This document shows positions 1 to 14,379 of a stretch of DNA of 64,000 nt, piece after piece (positions within the stretch are counted from its first letter, which is position 1; every line of letters starts with the position of its first letter). The position numbers and the translations under genes are program-made. The notes beneath the pieces are model-generated. The model was not told the DNA's origin and did not search any database. It worked only from the letters and a program-made list of their open reading frames with translations. The stretch spans positions 272,242,001 through 272,306,000 of the forward strand of contig OZ024743.1 in the NCBI GenBank assembly GCA_964016885.1, given 5' to 3'. Source of the DNA: Eledone cirrhosa. Taxonomy: Eukaryota.

Positions 1-389
1 AAAAGTAGTTTATATGAAGAATTAAATTTTCACTGAAGAATAATGAAAAAAAAAATAGTTACCTGGGCTCTAATTAACATCAAATCATATCTATTGGATT
101 GCAATACCTTAAAATACTTTATAACTGAGTGAATATCCACTGAATCACAATTTAATAGATTTCAGACTAATTAATCGATAACAAATCTTTGATATATTAT
201 ATTTTACATATTTACTAGAAACCAGACATAGCCTTACACTGGGTAATTACACCTAAAATACATATGAATGTTAATTCATTGAAAATTGCTTCATTCAAGC
301 CACCCAGTTCTTGTTGCGTTTCATTAAAATATACAGAGAACCTATAATTTAATTCCAATCTGAATACTGTATTAATTTGCATTGTTTGT

Positions 390-570
390 ATTGTTGGCAG
401 TATCGGTAGAGGGTCGGATGCCATGCTTTCCATCATAGTTACGTCCCTTTACGGTCTGAGTTCAAATCCCGTCGAGGTTAACTTTGCTTTTCATCCTTAC
501 GGGGTCGATAAAATAAAGTACCAGTAATGCACTGGGTAATTGCTGGCCTTGTATCAAAAGTAGAAACAAT
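390..570 (+). mobile_element. tRNA-derived SINE (family with ...TTTCATCCTT-CGGGGTCGATAAAATAAAGTACCAG core)
   Basis: A-box-like TGGCAGTATCGG, B-box-like GAGTTCAAATCCC and the conserved core. Homologous copies at 2850-2965(-), 3878-4090(+), 19480-19612(-) and 22255-22345(+). Confidence 0.8.
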
Positions 571-1524
571 TATTTCTTTAAATTAATTATTTTTCAAAGC
601 AGTAATATTTTTCAGCCTTTATTTCAGTGGCTGGAATTATACGATATTTTTATTTATTCTGTCTGGAGCTGAAACGAACAAATCTCAGAAAAAAAGTTAC
701 ATAGTCTATGACCTTGTACTATGCAGAATTTCACTTACTTAAACTCTAAGTTACACCATGGAACAAACAAACATATATGCATTCGCTTTTATATATTAAA
801 CTACCCAGTACAGAATGTTCTTATATAATCTCTCTTGCGCATAGAATAAAGTAAATTTGTGAAAGGCTAAGTGGTATATATTGATGGCTTCTTCACATGC
901 AGGGAATTAGGTAAAAAATGTATTCGTTCTCGTTGTTTAGATGCACAATATGCGGGTAGCAACGTTGGAGTTTAACGTATTTACTTGGGTAAATTATTTG
1001 TTATTAATCTTAGTGATTCATAATCTACGACCGCAGTATGGTAGCCAGGTGCTAATTAACTAGCGTCTGACAGTCATTAGTAACTAATGAAGGCAAGTCT
1101 GCAGCAATTATTACTACGATAAATACATTTGCTTTACACAAATCTGCTTTGCACAAACTTGTTTTCGATGTTTCTTTAATCTTCCTTATTCCATGGACCC
1201 ATTACACTCAAACAACCAGTTATTTTCTGTCTCTTTATCATCTTTTAAGTTAACCAGAAGTTGTCTTATTATGACTTCAAACTTAATTTTGACCACCAGT
1301 AATTCTCAGGGTTGTCAACATGTGATGTACCTATGTAATGAGACTAATGGACCTGCGTCGGTTTCGACGATGCGTATTGCAGTTTTTCGGCAACAGAACG
1401 GCCTACGTGTAAGTGGCTGAGCATTCCACAAGCGGGGGTACTCGTAGCATAATTTTAAAGGAGATTCAGCGTGAAACACTATATGTGATAAGAGTGGTTC
1501 TTTAAATTACAGGTATATCCCATC

Positions 1525-1690
1525 TAACTGGCTTCCAAACAGTTTCTGTCGACTCAATTTCCCTCACAATGCTTGGATCGACTCAAGGCTATGGGGAAAT
1601 ACTATTTTGGATGCCACGCAGTGAGATGGAACCCGGGACTTCCTGATCGTAAACAAAAATTCTAAACTACACAATCTTGCATGCATCCAT
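1525..1690 (-). mobile_element. Degraded tRNA-derived SINE (second family)
   Basis: Minus strand shows a tRNA-like head with GGGTTCCATCTCACTGCGTGGCA (B-box region). Resembles a common octopod SINE from memory. Confidence 0.55.
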
Positions 1691-1714
1691 ATAACTATTC
1701 TAAAGTCTGTCTTA

Positions 1715-1980
1715 AGCCAGAAGGCTCATTTGGCCGGCGCTTATCCCGGTTTCGTGGCGTGAAGCGACTGAAAGTATAAGACGTCCCCATGAACAGGGCG
1801 CCAGTCCATCGCAGGGTTAAACCTTCAGCTATTGCTGGTACTCATTTTCAGCTGAGTATACTGGAGCAACGTGAAATGAAGCGTTTTGCTCAAGAACACA
1901 ACACGCAACCCAGGAATCGAACCCACGACATTATGATCGTAAGTCCAACACCCTTACCACTAGGGCACGTGCCTCCACTA
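1715..1980 (-). mobile_element. tRNA-derived SINE with V-SINE-like body
   Basis: Minus strand reads GGAGGCACGTGCCCTAGTGGTAAGG (A box) ... GGGTTCGATTCCTGG (B box) ... TTCTTGAGCAAAACGCTT ... ACCCTGCGATGGACTGGCGCCC. Confidence 0.8.
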
Positions 1981-2849
1981 TATATAGCTATTAGCTATTA
2001 CATAACTAAAAAATAAAACAAGTGAGGTGTTTTTAAAATAATGGTCATCCCGCCAGAAAAAAAAAAAATTCAAATTCTTTTTATTTCTAAGTTGATTCAG
2101 TTGGTGATTATCAAAGTATTTGTGTTGTTGGTGTAAGAATGTACACTTTTATCTTCATAGATGTGGATTAGAAATCTCTTTGATTCAAATTTAGGGTCCT
2201 TATGCATAGGAATCTTATTTTGTACTCTCATCGGTCGAACTTGATCTCATCCGACAAATAGTAGAACGTAAATACTGCAATATATATGAAGCAATGTACT
2301 ATTTTCAGCCACACCACCACCATCACCAAGTGATCACTTCCGAGTTGCTGTTATTATTTAGTTTCAAGGTCAGCAATCTCTTATGTTCATAGGCGATCTA
2401 GCGATGACCATGATGTCCTTCCTTCAGAATTTTTTTTTATATAGGACTACATTATTCAACGTGTTCACCCTCCTCTCAAGACTAGATTGTAGATGTAATT
2501 TAAGGGAGATTTTACATTATGTTCCTTATATTGCATGATCTTACACATTCTGTCAATCAAACAAGCTATTGTTTTCTCACTGCTGGGTAAAGGGTTTCCT
2601 TGTTCTTCTAATCATTATTTCCGTTTACAGCAGCGTACGAAACTTCATGAACATATTTGAATTAGTATTTGAAAATGCTCATGATCATGCTTTTAGGTTA
2701 ATTATTTCCCACGTTCTGAAGAAGTTGTAGCCTTACCGCTTTTCCGGTAACAGAAGTCGGGATTTGAACTCTGAACGCACAGGGCCGGAACATTTGATTC
2801 TTTAACAATTCAGCCAATCCACCGAACAGTACTTTATTTAGTGACAGAA

Positions 2850-2965
2850 TAGTACTTTATTTATCGACCCCGACAAGATGAAAGACAAAGTTAATATCAG
2901 AGGGCTTTGAACTCAGAGTGGAGAGGGACGAACGTTTACCGAAGTATTTAACGATTGTGCTAACT
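2850..2965 (-). mobile_element. SINE fragment (same family as 390-570)
   Basis: TACTTTATTTATCGACCCCG...TTTGAACTCAGA is the reverse complement of the core plus B box. Confidence 0.7.
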
Positions 2966-3711
2966 CGTCACCTTGTATTTCTTCATAAATTTCGGGTTGC
3001 AATTTCCATCTCTAAGTTTTATCAATACTATCAAAATTCACCCATCCACCCAGCTGGTTCATCTTCGTTCTTCGTCGCTTTTGCTTTTGCAGTCTTTCGG
3101 AATACAGTTTATTATCTTCTTCATCAACCTAATGTAATTCACTTTTTGGACGTATACAGTTCGATTCTACTCCAACAATTTTATCAATTTGACAATATCA
3201 TTTAAGTTTATGTTCGCTTTTTTTTTCTTCTCTTGGATCCATTTCGTTGTTTTATATTCTTTCCATGATATTCTAGGTATAATATATTTGTGAGCATGCG
3301 GATCTGAAAACATTATCCAATTAATGCTGCTGTTAATCTATTTTTCTCAGTACTGAGGTCGATAGGACCGACTAACTAAAGCCCTTGTGAGCTGTGTATC
3401 TTAGTCATATTTTCCGTCCCATCTGAACATTTACACTACTTGTACATTTCTGTATTAAACTATGACCAAACACTTAGGCTTTCGAGTATTTAGGGTCCCT
3501 CTAGCATTTCAATCTTTCACCCCACTACAGCACACACAGACACACAAAATTGAGGGTCCACAAGTCCTCAATCTAGTTAGTCATATATGGCCCAACAGGC
3601 TCTATATATTACCCACGCCTTTGTTGGTACCATCTCTGTCTGCCTTCTTATCAGGGTTCTATTTTGATTAACTACATTTAATTAGCGCCACATATTTCTC
3701 TCTTCTGATTT

Positions 3712-3767
3712 CACACACACACACACACACGCGCGCGCACACACACACGCACGCGCGCGCACACACA

Positions 3768-3798
<31 letters not shown>

Positions 3799-3802
3799 GC
3801 AC
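3712..3802. repeat. (CA)n/(CG)n microsatellite
   Basis: Directly visible. Confidence 0.95.
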
Positions 3803-3877
3803 AAGGGAAATAATCATTGAAACATTCGATTGAATAATCCGTCTATATAGCTAGTGATCAATAGTCCCTCATATAAG

Positions 3878-4090
3878 AGTGGTGGATTGGCAGAATTGGT
3901 AGAGCGTCGAATAAAATGCTATTGTGTTATTTGTTCTGCCTCTTTACAATCTGAATTCAAATCATCCCAAGTCAACCTTGCCTTTCATCCTTCCAGGGTC
4001 GATAAAATAAAGTACTGTGACCGACATACTTCATCTCCTTTATCCTCCCTCCAATTTGCCGCCCTTGTGCCTAAATTAGAAATCAATATT
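3878..4090 (+). mobile_element. tRNA-derived SINE (same family as 390-570)
   Basis: TGGCAGAATTGGTAGAGCG head, GAATTCAAATC B-box remnant, GCCTTTCATCCTTCCAGGGTCGATAAAATAAAGTAC core. Confidence 0.8.
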
Positions 4091-4179
4091 CTCTCCATAT
4101 ATTGTCAATATTGTCATTCGTTATTTTTATTTTCTCTTCATAAATACTTTTTAATTAGAATAACATTACAAATATTAAA

Positions 4180-4500
4180 AAAACGGAATGGGAAAGGGAA
4201 GGGGAAGGTGATGGGCTTTGGGTCTAGGGGGCGGCGGTATTGCAAAAGCATTCCCGTGGACAATGGCCAGTGATACTCGCTGCAACATCCACCCCATCTC
4301 GTGGGCTCCTTCCTCAGACGGACTGCTGACGTTATGACCTGCGGACGAGCTCGACAATACGGAGTTCAAGTACGCCTGAGGTCTCGACGGTGACCGGTGC
4401 GAAGAGGCAGCGGTCGGACAATCCCCGGTATTTGTTGGCCTTCCTTTCCTCTGCATTGCGGGCCACAGTACCGGGGTTAGTTGCTGAAGCAACTAAGCTG
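4180..4500 (-). mobile_element. 3' fragment of CRE-like RLE non-LTR retrotransposon
   Basis: Encodes AEERKANKYRGL..FAPVTVETSGVL and LQRVSLAIVHGNAFA, typical of the region after the restriction-like endonuclease. Homologous to 16800-17000. Confidence 0.7.
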
Positions 4501-5152
4501 GAGGGGGAGAAGATGAAGTTGTTTCTTTTCACATAAAAATCAAACGGAATGTAAATAAGTAAAATGGTGACTGATTAATTGTTTAATTGATTAATTGATT
4601 GATTGGTTGGATATCTCTGTTACCCGACCAATAATTTTATTACTTTTATCGTAATACGTCTGGCAATATTGATCTCCTATATCTTGAATATCACAAGAAA
4701 GTATTCGATATCAACATTTTAAAATAATGAACATTTCACCATTGATAGAGTATCCACCCATTTTCTCTCTTATTAATTATTTCAATTCGTTTTTTAAAAA
4801 AATATTTTCACTATTACATACTTCTCTTCGTATAAATACAATCTTTCCACTAGTAAAAGAAATAACACTTTAAATACGAAAGCTTGAATTCGTCAATCAC
4901 CATTTCACTTGTTTGATTTCACTTTTTAAATTTCTTTTTCTTTCTCTTTTTTACACTATTTCTCTCACTCGCTCGCTCTCGTTTTCTTTCACTCCCATGA
5001 CTTACATATATTTCTATTTTTTCTTCTTTATCCACTACATTTTCGTTCGTTCTATTACACTTTTTTCAGTTTTCTTTTTCCATTCCCTACAATTGTGTCT
5101 AATTTTACCATACTTGATATTCAATCTTCCTTTTCTACTATCTTATGTGTTT

Positions 5153-5235
<83 letters not shown>
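5153..5235. repeat. (TCTA)n microsatellite, 5' flank of Tx1 element 1
   Basis: Directly visible. Confidence 0.95.
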
Positions 5236-5399
5236 GTTGAAGGTAGGCGGCCTTCATGTTACCACTGTTTAAGCAGTGGTCACCTGAAGGCTTACTGTCC
5301 TCAGTTAACTAAAAAAAAAGAGGCACTACTGCCAACACCCAAAACAACAACACAACCACCACCACCACCACCACCACTACCACCACCACCACCACCACC

Positions 5400-5489
<90 letters not shown>

Positions 5490-6263
5490 CGCACAAGAAC
5501 AACAAACCAACCTGCAAGCACAGTCCCACCCAACCCCACTCCACCTAAAACCACTGCAAAAACACCCACAAACACACAACTCCCCAAAACATACCCCTTC
5601 CAAATAACACAGACACCACAACGGACGAGGCCCCCACATCATCACCAAGTGACGATGAGGGAGAGCCTCTCCGTTCGAAAAGAAAGAAGAAAAGACACCA
5701 CAACAACAAAAAAACAACAAACATCACTACAAACATACAACCACCAACACAAACAACACAAACATTACAACCCCCCCCCCCCGTCCCGAAAACAAAACCA
5801 CGACATCACCCCAAACACAAACACCTACAACAAAACGAAAGCTCCCACAAGAACAAAAGACAAAAACCATCGCAACACAACAAGAACATTACACATACAT
5901 AAACAGTAAAAACAAAACTTTAATAGAGGTCATCTCCAACGACCCTTCGGTGAAAACCAAAGGGAAAACTTTTTCGAACTGTGTAGACAAACCTAATTTA
6001 AAGATGATTAGGGTCCCTACGGACACCCATAAGTCTTTAAAGGAAAACTTTCCTAAGGACGTGGGTAATCCTTGTGTTAAACCCATTAACCGCGTCCTTT
6101 AAAAAAGTTTCCCCACCCTCACCCCAGACACACCCACCCCAGAACCCCCACCCCACCAAACATCTCCGTTCCCACCCCGCCGGAAACCACCACCCACCCA
6201 GACAACCCCTCTAACACCCCCATGGAAACCGTGCGGCCTGATCCCCGGGAGACGAAGAGGTGA
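5236..6263 (+). pseudogene. Tx1 ORF1 C-terminal remnant (zinc knuckle, Pro/Gln/Thr-rich)
   Basis: VEGRRPSCYHCLSSGHLKAYCP (CX2CX4HX4C), (CCA)n(CAA)n expansion, ends ..RETKR* like element 2. Contains stops. Confidence 0.8.
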
Positions 6264-6300
6264 GTGATTTCTTCTCTTCTTTTAACTTTTCAGAACCAAC

Positions 6301-9300
6301 ATGGCCAATATAAGAGTTGAATGTGTGAATGTACGCGGCCTGGGGATGCCCTGGAAACAGGGCAAACTCTTAAACGACCTCAGGTCGCACAGTATGGATG
6401 TAGTAGCCATTTACGAGTCCAGGATCCACAGCGAGCGACAGCTGGCCCCCATCTTCGATGACTTTGAGATCTACGCATCTCTCTGTCGGCCGGGGGTGGG
6501 TGGGGGGGGGGGGGGACACCTGGGCCTCGTAACACAGACGGTACATCTGGACCCGGAGGGTCGACTGGTGGTCCTAGACGTTGACGGTAGTGAAAGTGGA
6601 GCCTTCAGGCTGGTGGCCGCATATGCCCCATCCGGGACACCGCGGCCAGACTTCTTCAAACGTCTAGAGACTTTTCTGGGAACTTTCCGCTCCTTGCTTT
6701 TAGTAGGGGACTGGAATGGAATCCTAGATGCACGTTGGGACTATGTGGGAGCATGTCCCGATAAAAGGGGGTGTAACAGCCTCAAACAGTTAATCGGTCG
6801 ATTTGACCTGGCCGATAGATATCGACTAGATTTTCCGACTGTGCCACTGTGGACGTGGACTAATCGTAGCGGAACGTCTAGATCGTACCTAGATAGGGTT
6901 CTAGTTAGAAATAAGGATAGGGACATGTTAAGCTGTCCACAAATGTTCATGGTTGCCTATTCAGATCAAAGCTAGAGACCTGCATGGTCAACCTTGATAG
7001 AACCCATAGACAAGGACCCGGAGACTAGAAGCTGAACTTGTCGTTACCGACATGAAAAGCCTACAGTAGACGGATTAGCACTTTAGTTAAACAGCACTTG
7101 ACAGGGGCCATTGTCAACAACAGATGATGGTACTCTCTCAAGAGGGCAGTTAGATTAGACTCGTTAGTTTTTAGTAAAGAATTAGCGTTAGATAGAAATA
7201 GAACCGAGAAGGAACTGGTAGATAAAGTAGAAGAGGCAATTAGAAGTGGCAATGTAGCCAGCGTGCTAGCACCGAGAACGGCCTTGGACCAGTTCTTCGA
7301 CGCAAAGCACGAGGGCTGCGTTGTCAGAAGCAAAATACGTGCTCTGGGAAACGAGGGAGCCAAAGCTGTTAGCTGGGCCCGAGTGACGGAGGCAAAAAGT
7401 GGCAACAAGTCCACGATTCGGTCTTTGAAGGACCAAAAAGGACGCGTGATACGTGGGCCGAAGCAGATGTGTGCGGCCTTTCAGCGGCACTTTGCTCAAC
7501 TGTTCGTGCAGGGCGGCGCACCGGGAGGGGCTATGGATTTCGGTCCATACCTCGACGGCCTACCGCGGCCCTCGGACAGCGAGGCAAAGTTCTGTGAAAA
7601 GCCGATTTCAGCCGCTGAGATAGGGGACGCGCTAAGCCAATGCGGCAAACGCAAATTTCCAGGTCTCGACGGTCTACCCTACGAATTTTACGTAGCAATG
7701 CCGGACTTATTCTCCAGTCTCCTGGAAGCGGTCTACTGCAACTGGCAGCAGAACGGGAGAATTCCCAGTTCTGTGACCGGGGGCGTAGTCACACTAGTCA
7801 GGAAGGACGAGAATAAGGGGGATGACATAGGCAACTTCAGGCCCATACACAGAGTTACAGATTTTGGCCAAGGTGTTGGTAAAGAGGCTGGCGCTTGTCG
7901 TCGAGAACCTGGTGGCAAAAGCGCAGACATGCGCAATCACGACCAGGTCCATACACGACAACCTCCACCTCATGCGATACATCATAGAGAGGGTAGGGTG
8001 TAAACCCGGCTTCGGTGGGGCCCTGATCAACTTGGATCAGTCTCAGGCTTTCGATAGGGTTGACCATCGTTACCTGGATGCGGTGCTCGAGGCGGCAGGC
8101 TTCGGATTCGTGTTCAGGAGCTGGATTGTTGCAATGCACAACAGCAACATCTGCTCAAGGGTCCAGGTGAACGGCTACCTCTCGGAGCCGTTCCATATCA
8201 CGCGATCCATCCGACAGGGATGCCCTCTCCCCTCCCTTCTGTACGTACTGAATCTCCAGCCACTACTGCGGAAGTTGGAGTTATTGCAGAGCATCCCTCT
8301 GGAACCGGGATTGCGGAATGCGGCGTCGGCCTACTCCGACGACGTGACAGTAATGGTGTCGAGTGCCTCGCAAATCGGGGAAGTCGGCACCTTACTGAAG
8401 GAATACGAAAGATTCACAGGAGCGAAGCTGAACCGGGACAAGTCCATCGGTTTGCAACTCGGATCGTGGAGAGGCAAACCGATGCCTTCTGATGGCGTCG
8501 TCGGACGCTGGACGGAAGGACCGGTAAAGATGCTCGGGGTCTGGTTTGGTCCGGACCTCCAGGTGGAGAAGAACTGGAACGAGGTGACGGCTAAGGTGTT
8601 TGCACTCACCCAGAAGTGGGCCGAGTGCAAACTATCCTTGAAAGGTCGAGCGGAGGTGGCGAACACTTTTATTGCGTCCGCCATCTACTACCGCTTGACC
8701 GTCGTGCCTTGTCCAGCCAAAACGCTCACCAAAATGGAGCGCGCGCTTTTCCAATTCCTTTGGAAGAGGCGAGCTCCTTTGGTGAGAAGATCCATCTGCT
8801 GCCAACACCCTTCTAACGGAGGGCTGGGGATGCCGTGGATGACGATGCGCAAACACGGCATCTCTACGTATTCCTCACCGGACAACCGGTGTGGGCCCCG
8901 TTCGTGAGGCGAGCCTTCCCACGACTCGTCTCGCTAACCGAGCTGCAGTGCTGGGTCAAGCAAAGACCGAGGAAAATGGGCGACTGGCACATCGAATGTG
9001 CTCAGGCGCTCACAGCCATTCTATAGAGGGTTGATCCGCAGCAAGTGCGACGACTAGCTCGGTGAAACTCTAGGCGTAGAGGAAGATGAGCTGGCCAGTC
9101 TGTTCGGTAGGACCTTCCGCCCGGGACCGATGGACAACTTCCAAAAGTCCCTGGCCTGGCAGTGCTACCGAGGAGCTCTACCAGTTCGAGACAAGCTCTA
9201 CAGACATGGGCGCCCGGGCAGGGACCCTGCAAAAAAGATCTCTCCGAGGTGCGTGCGAGACGAAGAAACCGTCGCACACGCATTCATACACTACCCGGGC

Positions 9301-9639
9301 GTCACTGACCTGTAGGGCTATGTAGAACGACTATTGTCGCGGGTGGGACCAATCCAGTTGACCACCGAGTCCATTGTCATGATCAAACCGCCACCCTCCT
9401 TCAAAAACGAAGGAGAGGCGGTTTTCCTTTGTGTGATAGCTATGGCAAAAGAGGTTGTATGGTGGACAAGGTTGAAAGGACTGAGGTCAGACACCTTTCT
9501 CTCCGGCCATCAACTGATTCTTTTTTTCAAATACCACTTTGGAAGAAGAATCAGGATGGAGAGCAAGTTTTATGAAAGGTGGGTGAAAGTGGCGAGAATG
9601 GCCCGAGTGAATGGGCCTTCTCTCTATATCAGCCTGTAG
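6301..9639 (+). pseudogene. Tx1 ORF2 (AP endonuclease + reverse transcriptase), broken by frameshifts and stops
   Basis: NVRGL, GDWN, SYLDRV, SDQ (EN); PGLDGLPYEFY, NFRPI, DQSQAFDRVDH, IRQGCPL, AYSDD (RT); GGLG; PRC..ETVAHAF (C-terminus). Confidence 0.92.
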
Positions 9640-9865
9640 GTTGAGGAAAAGGAGGAGGAGAGGAAAGGAGTACAAACTCTTCGTACTCCTGGAGATGAGG
9701 GTTGCACATTTTTTTTCGGGGGTATGTGTTACCCATATAAACTGTCTCCCTCTATTGGGGAAAATCGACTCACTTTTGTGATAACATTTTACACGTTTTT
9801 ATTGTATGTAAACTTCCCCCTTTGTATTTGTCCCCTTCTTTTGTGCCCCTGTGGCTAATAAAGAA

Positions 9866-9969
<104 letters not shown>

Positions 9970-10263
9970 CTGCCTGACGCGTGGAACATCGCCGGTAAGA
10001 TCTTTTGTAAATTTATATACGAAAAACAGAACAAATTGTTTGAAAAACATATTATCTTGTAGATTAACCCCCCAAGCTGAATTGTCAGCTGGGTGGTAAT
10101 CCCATTTTTCGTCCCTTTAGGGGCGAAAATTTAATTTAAAGATTGTTTTAAAATATCAAATTTTGCCAACTATAAAACATGAATAACACGAAAAGAACGC
10201 TGGAGAACGTCGAGAGAGAGAGAGAAAGAGGCAGATTTTAACGTTATATCTGCTTCTGCTACT

Positions 10264-12073
10264 ATGGACGTCGCCATATATACGACTGTCAACAAATGGA
10301 AAAAAATATTGCCACTTGAAGATTGTACAATTTCTACCGTCGAAGCGGAGAGAAATGAAAACTCAGGAATTAAACCCATTAACATACATACACATGAAAA
10401 AGTCAATATCAACAACTCCACAGATACATCTACACATAAAGTTTCACCTCGTCAAGGAACTGAGATTTTCAACGCCGAGGCTAACAACGTTAACAACAAC
10501 AACAACAACAACAGCAACACCACACACAAACAAAAAATGTTTTTCGCTGAAACAGTGAACAAAAAACAAGATTTTATAAATCTTGACATCTCCAATGCAA
10601 GAGATATGCTCAAGCAAGGGAGAAAATGTGTAACTTTCGAAGAGAAGGGTTGGTTTAGAATTAACCCACCCCTTGAAATAAAAGAAGACACAGTTCGAAG
10701 GACAGTGACCTTTAGGACTGTATTCAATACCACGAGAAAGCCGATATTTGTTAGTCAAACAGATATAGAAGCTACTTTCAAGGAAATTCTAGCAAATATC
10801 GACTTTCCCCAACGAGGAAAACAGTACGGAAGTGTTTCCGTACTGTTTAAATGCGAGGCACTCGCCCCAAAACATTCTGTGACACCAATAGTGTCAAAAG
10901 CATTCACCTCTTTCCCTACATACATGGGAAAAAGGACACAAAAAATAAAAATATAAAATATACCCCCAAATATTAACATCTGGTGGATCTTGGCTGGCTT
11001 CGTAGAGCCAGAAACTGATATGATTCTTTTGATACGAAAGTCTATTCGACAAAGGTGGGCGGGTACTGATTTGAAGATTCTGTTGCAAATGAGGCCGGAG
11101 AGAATCTCCAAAATACCCGAAAGAGTCGTCATCGACGACAACAACAAAATAAACATTTCGGTAGAAGGACGAAAAATTCATTGCTTTCGCTGTGGTAGCA
11201 CAGCACACCTAAAAGCCTCATGTCCTTTACAAACACACCACAACAACATCATTAAAAAACACTATTACCAACACCAAAACAACCACCACAACCACAAGTA
11301 CAACGACAGACGAAACGAGCAACCACACCAAAACAAACAGCCACTCAACTAACAACAACAGAAAAAAACAGAGGCAACACCCCTGAAGAACACAGCCCCA
11401 CCCCATCCCACTCCATCAAACACTACCACAAACACACACACCGAAACACTACCACCACACAACATACCCCTACCCCACACTCCTGACGATGATTATTCAT
11501 CGACGGATGAAGCTGCTTCTCCTTCTTTAAGTAAAGAAGAGGGAGAGCCGTGGAAATCTAAAAAAACAAAAAAAGAGACACCACAAAACCCCTAAAACTC
11601 CAATCACCAACATACAACCACAGACACAAACAACAACACAAACAACACCACAGTCAAACATCCCCCTACCAGCAAAACCAACACCAACACCACCCCAAAC
11701 ACAAGCACCCACCATAAAAAGAAAACTCCTGGACGAACAACAAACTAAAACAACACAACAAAAACACAAACAACAATACGCATACATCAACACAAACAAC
11801 AAGAGTTTGACGGAGGTCATCTCCCAAAACCCCAAGGTGGCGACAGAGGGCAAAACTTTCGTCAAGGCCGAATCGTCTCCACACCTTAAACTTATAAGGG
11901 TTTCTATGGAAACCTATAGTGACCTGAAAAATAAATTTTCACAGGACGTGGGCAACCCCTGCCAGAAACCCAGCAACTGCGTCCTGTTAAAATGTTTCCC
12001 CACCCCACCCAACACCCCATCCAGCACCCAAATGGAGATTGAACAACCCAATCTCCAGGAAACGAAAAGGTAA
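10264..12073 (+). pseudogene. Tx1 ORF1 (CCHC zinc knuckle), interrupted
   Basis: ORF pieces 10264-10956, 10990-11352 (VEGRKIHCFRCGSTAHLKASCP) and 11807-12073 (..QETKR*). Confidence 0.8.
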
Positions 12074-12114
12074 GTGCACGTTTCGTCTTTTTTCTACAAC
12101 TCTTCTTCACCAAC

Positions 12115-13590
12115 ATGGCTAGTTTACGAGTTGGAAGCGTAAATGTGCGTGGCCTAGGGATGCCCTGGAAACAGGGCCAACTTTTAAACGACCTTAGGTC
12201 ACACGATATGGATGTGATAGCCATCACTGAGTCCAGGATCCACAACAGGCAGCAACTAACCCCCACCTTCGACGACTTTGAGATCTACGCATCTCTATGT
12301 CAGCCAGGAGGTGGAAGGGGAGTGGCTGTCATGTTTCGGAAGAACCTGGACGTTCAAGTACAGCAAGTACACTTGGACCCGGAGGGTAGACTGGTAGTCC
12401 TAGACGTGAACAGTATTGGAGGTGGAGCCTTCAGACTGGTGGCCGTTTATGCCCCGACCGGGCAATCGCAATCACGGACCGGTGAAATTGCTCAGGGTCT
12501 GGTTCGGTCCAGACCTCCAGGTGGAGAAAAACTGGAACCAGGTCACGGCCAAGGTGTTTGCGCTCACACAGAAGTGGGCAGAGTGCAAACTGCCCTTGAA
12601 AGGTCGAGCGGAGGTGGCGAACACTTTCATAGCGTACGTCATCTACTACGGCTTGACTGTCGTGCCTTGTCCCCGTGAACACCTCGCCAAGATGGAACGC
12701 ATGCTCTTCCAGTTTCTGTGGAAAAAGCAGGCTCCGCTGGTGAGGAGATCCGTCTGCTGTCAGCACCCTTCCAACGGAGGGCTGGGAATGCCGTGGCTGA
12801 TGATGCGCAAACATGCGCTGAGGCTGCGGCATCTCCAGGTATTCCTCACCGACCCCCAACCGGTGTGGGCACTGTTTGTGAGACAGGCTTTCCCACAGCT
12901 CGTCTCGCTGACGGAGCTGCAGTCCTGGGTCAAGAAAAGACCGAAAACAATGGGCGCCTGGCACATTGTATGCGCTCAGGCGCTCACAGTCCTCTGGCAA
13001 GCGAGCGCAGCAATCAGTGGAGACTCCACTTCGACATTCTATAGAGGGATTGTACGTTACAAGCACGAGGACGTGCTCAGAGAGACTCTGGGCGTCGAAG
13101 ACGATGAGCTCACCAGTCTGTTTGGTAGGATTTCCGCCCGGGACCTATGGACAACTTCCAGAGGTCCCTGGCGTGGCAGTGCTATCGAAGAGCTCTACCG
13201 GTTCGTGACAAGATCTACAGGCAAGGACGCCCCGGCAGGGATCCTTCCAAGAGGACGTGTCCAAGATGCGCGCAGGACATTGAAACAGTCCCGCCAGCAA
13301 TTGTACACTGCCCGGGCGTAACCGACCTGTGGAACTATGCAGAACAACTGCTGTCGCGTATGGGACAAATCCAGTTGACTGCTGAGTCCATAGTAAGGAT
13401 CAAACCGCCAGCCTCTTTCAAAAACGAAAGAGAGGCGGTTTTCCTCTGTACGGTGGCTATGGTGAAAGAAGTTATATGGTGGACGAGATTGAGAGGACTG
13501 AGGACAGATGCCTTTCTCTCCGGACAACAATTGATTCCATTCTTTAAGTATCACTTTAGAAGGAGAATCAGAGTGGAGAGAAAGGCAAAG
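12115..13590 (+). pseudogene. Tx1 ORF2 lacking most of the EN C-half and the RT core
   Basis: MASLRVGSVNVRGL..AVYAP joins directly to GPVKLL.VWFGPDLQVEKNW, equivalent to a jump from about 6640 to about 8518 of element 1. Confidence 0.85.
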
Positions 13591-14379
13591 CACTTGCACA
13601 ACACGCTCCTGGAGTTGAGGGTTGTTCTATCGACGGGGTATTAAACAACCCATTTGTGGCGTCCCCTCCCCCTATTGGAGATTTCGATTGTTGTAATTGT
13701 TTGTTTTTATATTTTTACACGACTGTATGTAAAATCCCCGGCATGTCTTTCTATTGTCCCCTTTTCTTGTGAGCCCTTGTGGCAAATAAAGAAATATATC
13801 TATCTCTCAGTTTGTCTATCTGTCTGTTTATCTCTCCATTTATCAATCTGTATATCTATTCGTCTCCTGCCATCTATCTCTCTTCAACCCACATTCTCCA
13901 TACAGCATGTGAAGGACTACCTTGTTATGTTACTTATTTACCACTAAATATTCTTTTCCAGCGACCAAACGAAGTCATCGATGACAAAAAAAAATAAAAG
14001 AAAAGAAAAGAGAAGAAAAAAAAGGAACCAGATTCTAAGGAATAAATAATACTAAATACTTAGGCGGTGGTGAATACCAAAACCTATTGTCATATTAAGT
14101 GTACCGATGAAGCTTATGTCTTCATATATTGTATCTAAGGATGCTTATTTGTACATATCTATCATAGTTGTTTATAGTTGTGATTTAAGTATATTCTTTT
14201 ACTGTTTAGTCAGAGAAGGAAGAGCAATGCCCAAGACAGTTTATCTTCTAAAGAGCTTCCGACACTGGCGGGAGTAAAGGATCAAGATATATACAAACTA
14301 GAGTGAGTGATTAGGTCTACCACAATATTGGCGTAATACAGCATTAATAAGCCTCCAGCTATCTAAATGGGATTTTATC

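Noticed and set aside
63-140. Possible minus-strand exon (GYSLSYKYFKVLQSNRYDLMLIRAQ|gtaact)
   Set aside because: Short, with a weak acceptor and no recognisable homology.
1900-1980. tRNA gene
   Set aside because: A and B boxes are present but run into a SINE body with no complete cloverleaf, so this is a SINE head.
5356-5490. Poly-Pro/poly-Gln protein
   Set aside because: A (CCA)n(CAA)n expansion within the low-complexity part of a dead Tx1 ORF1, not a host gene.
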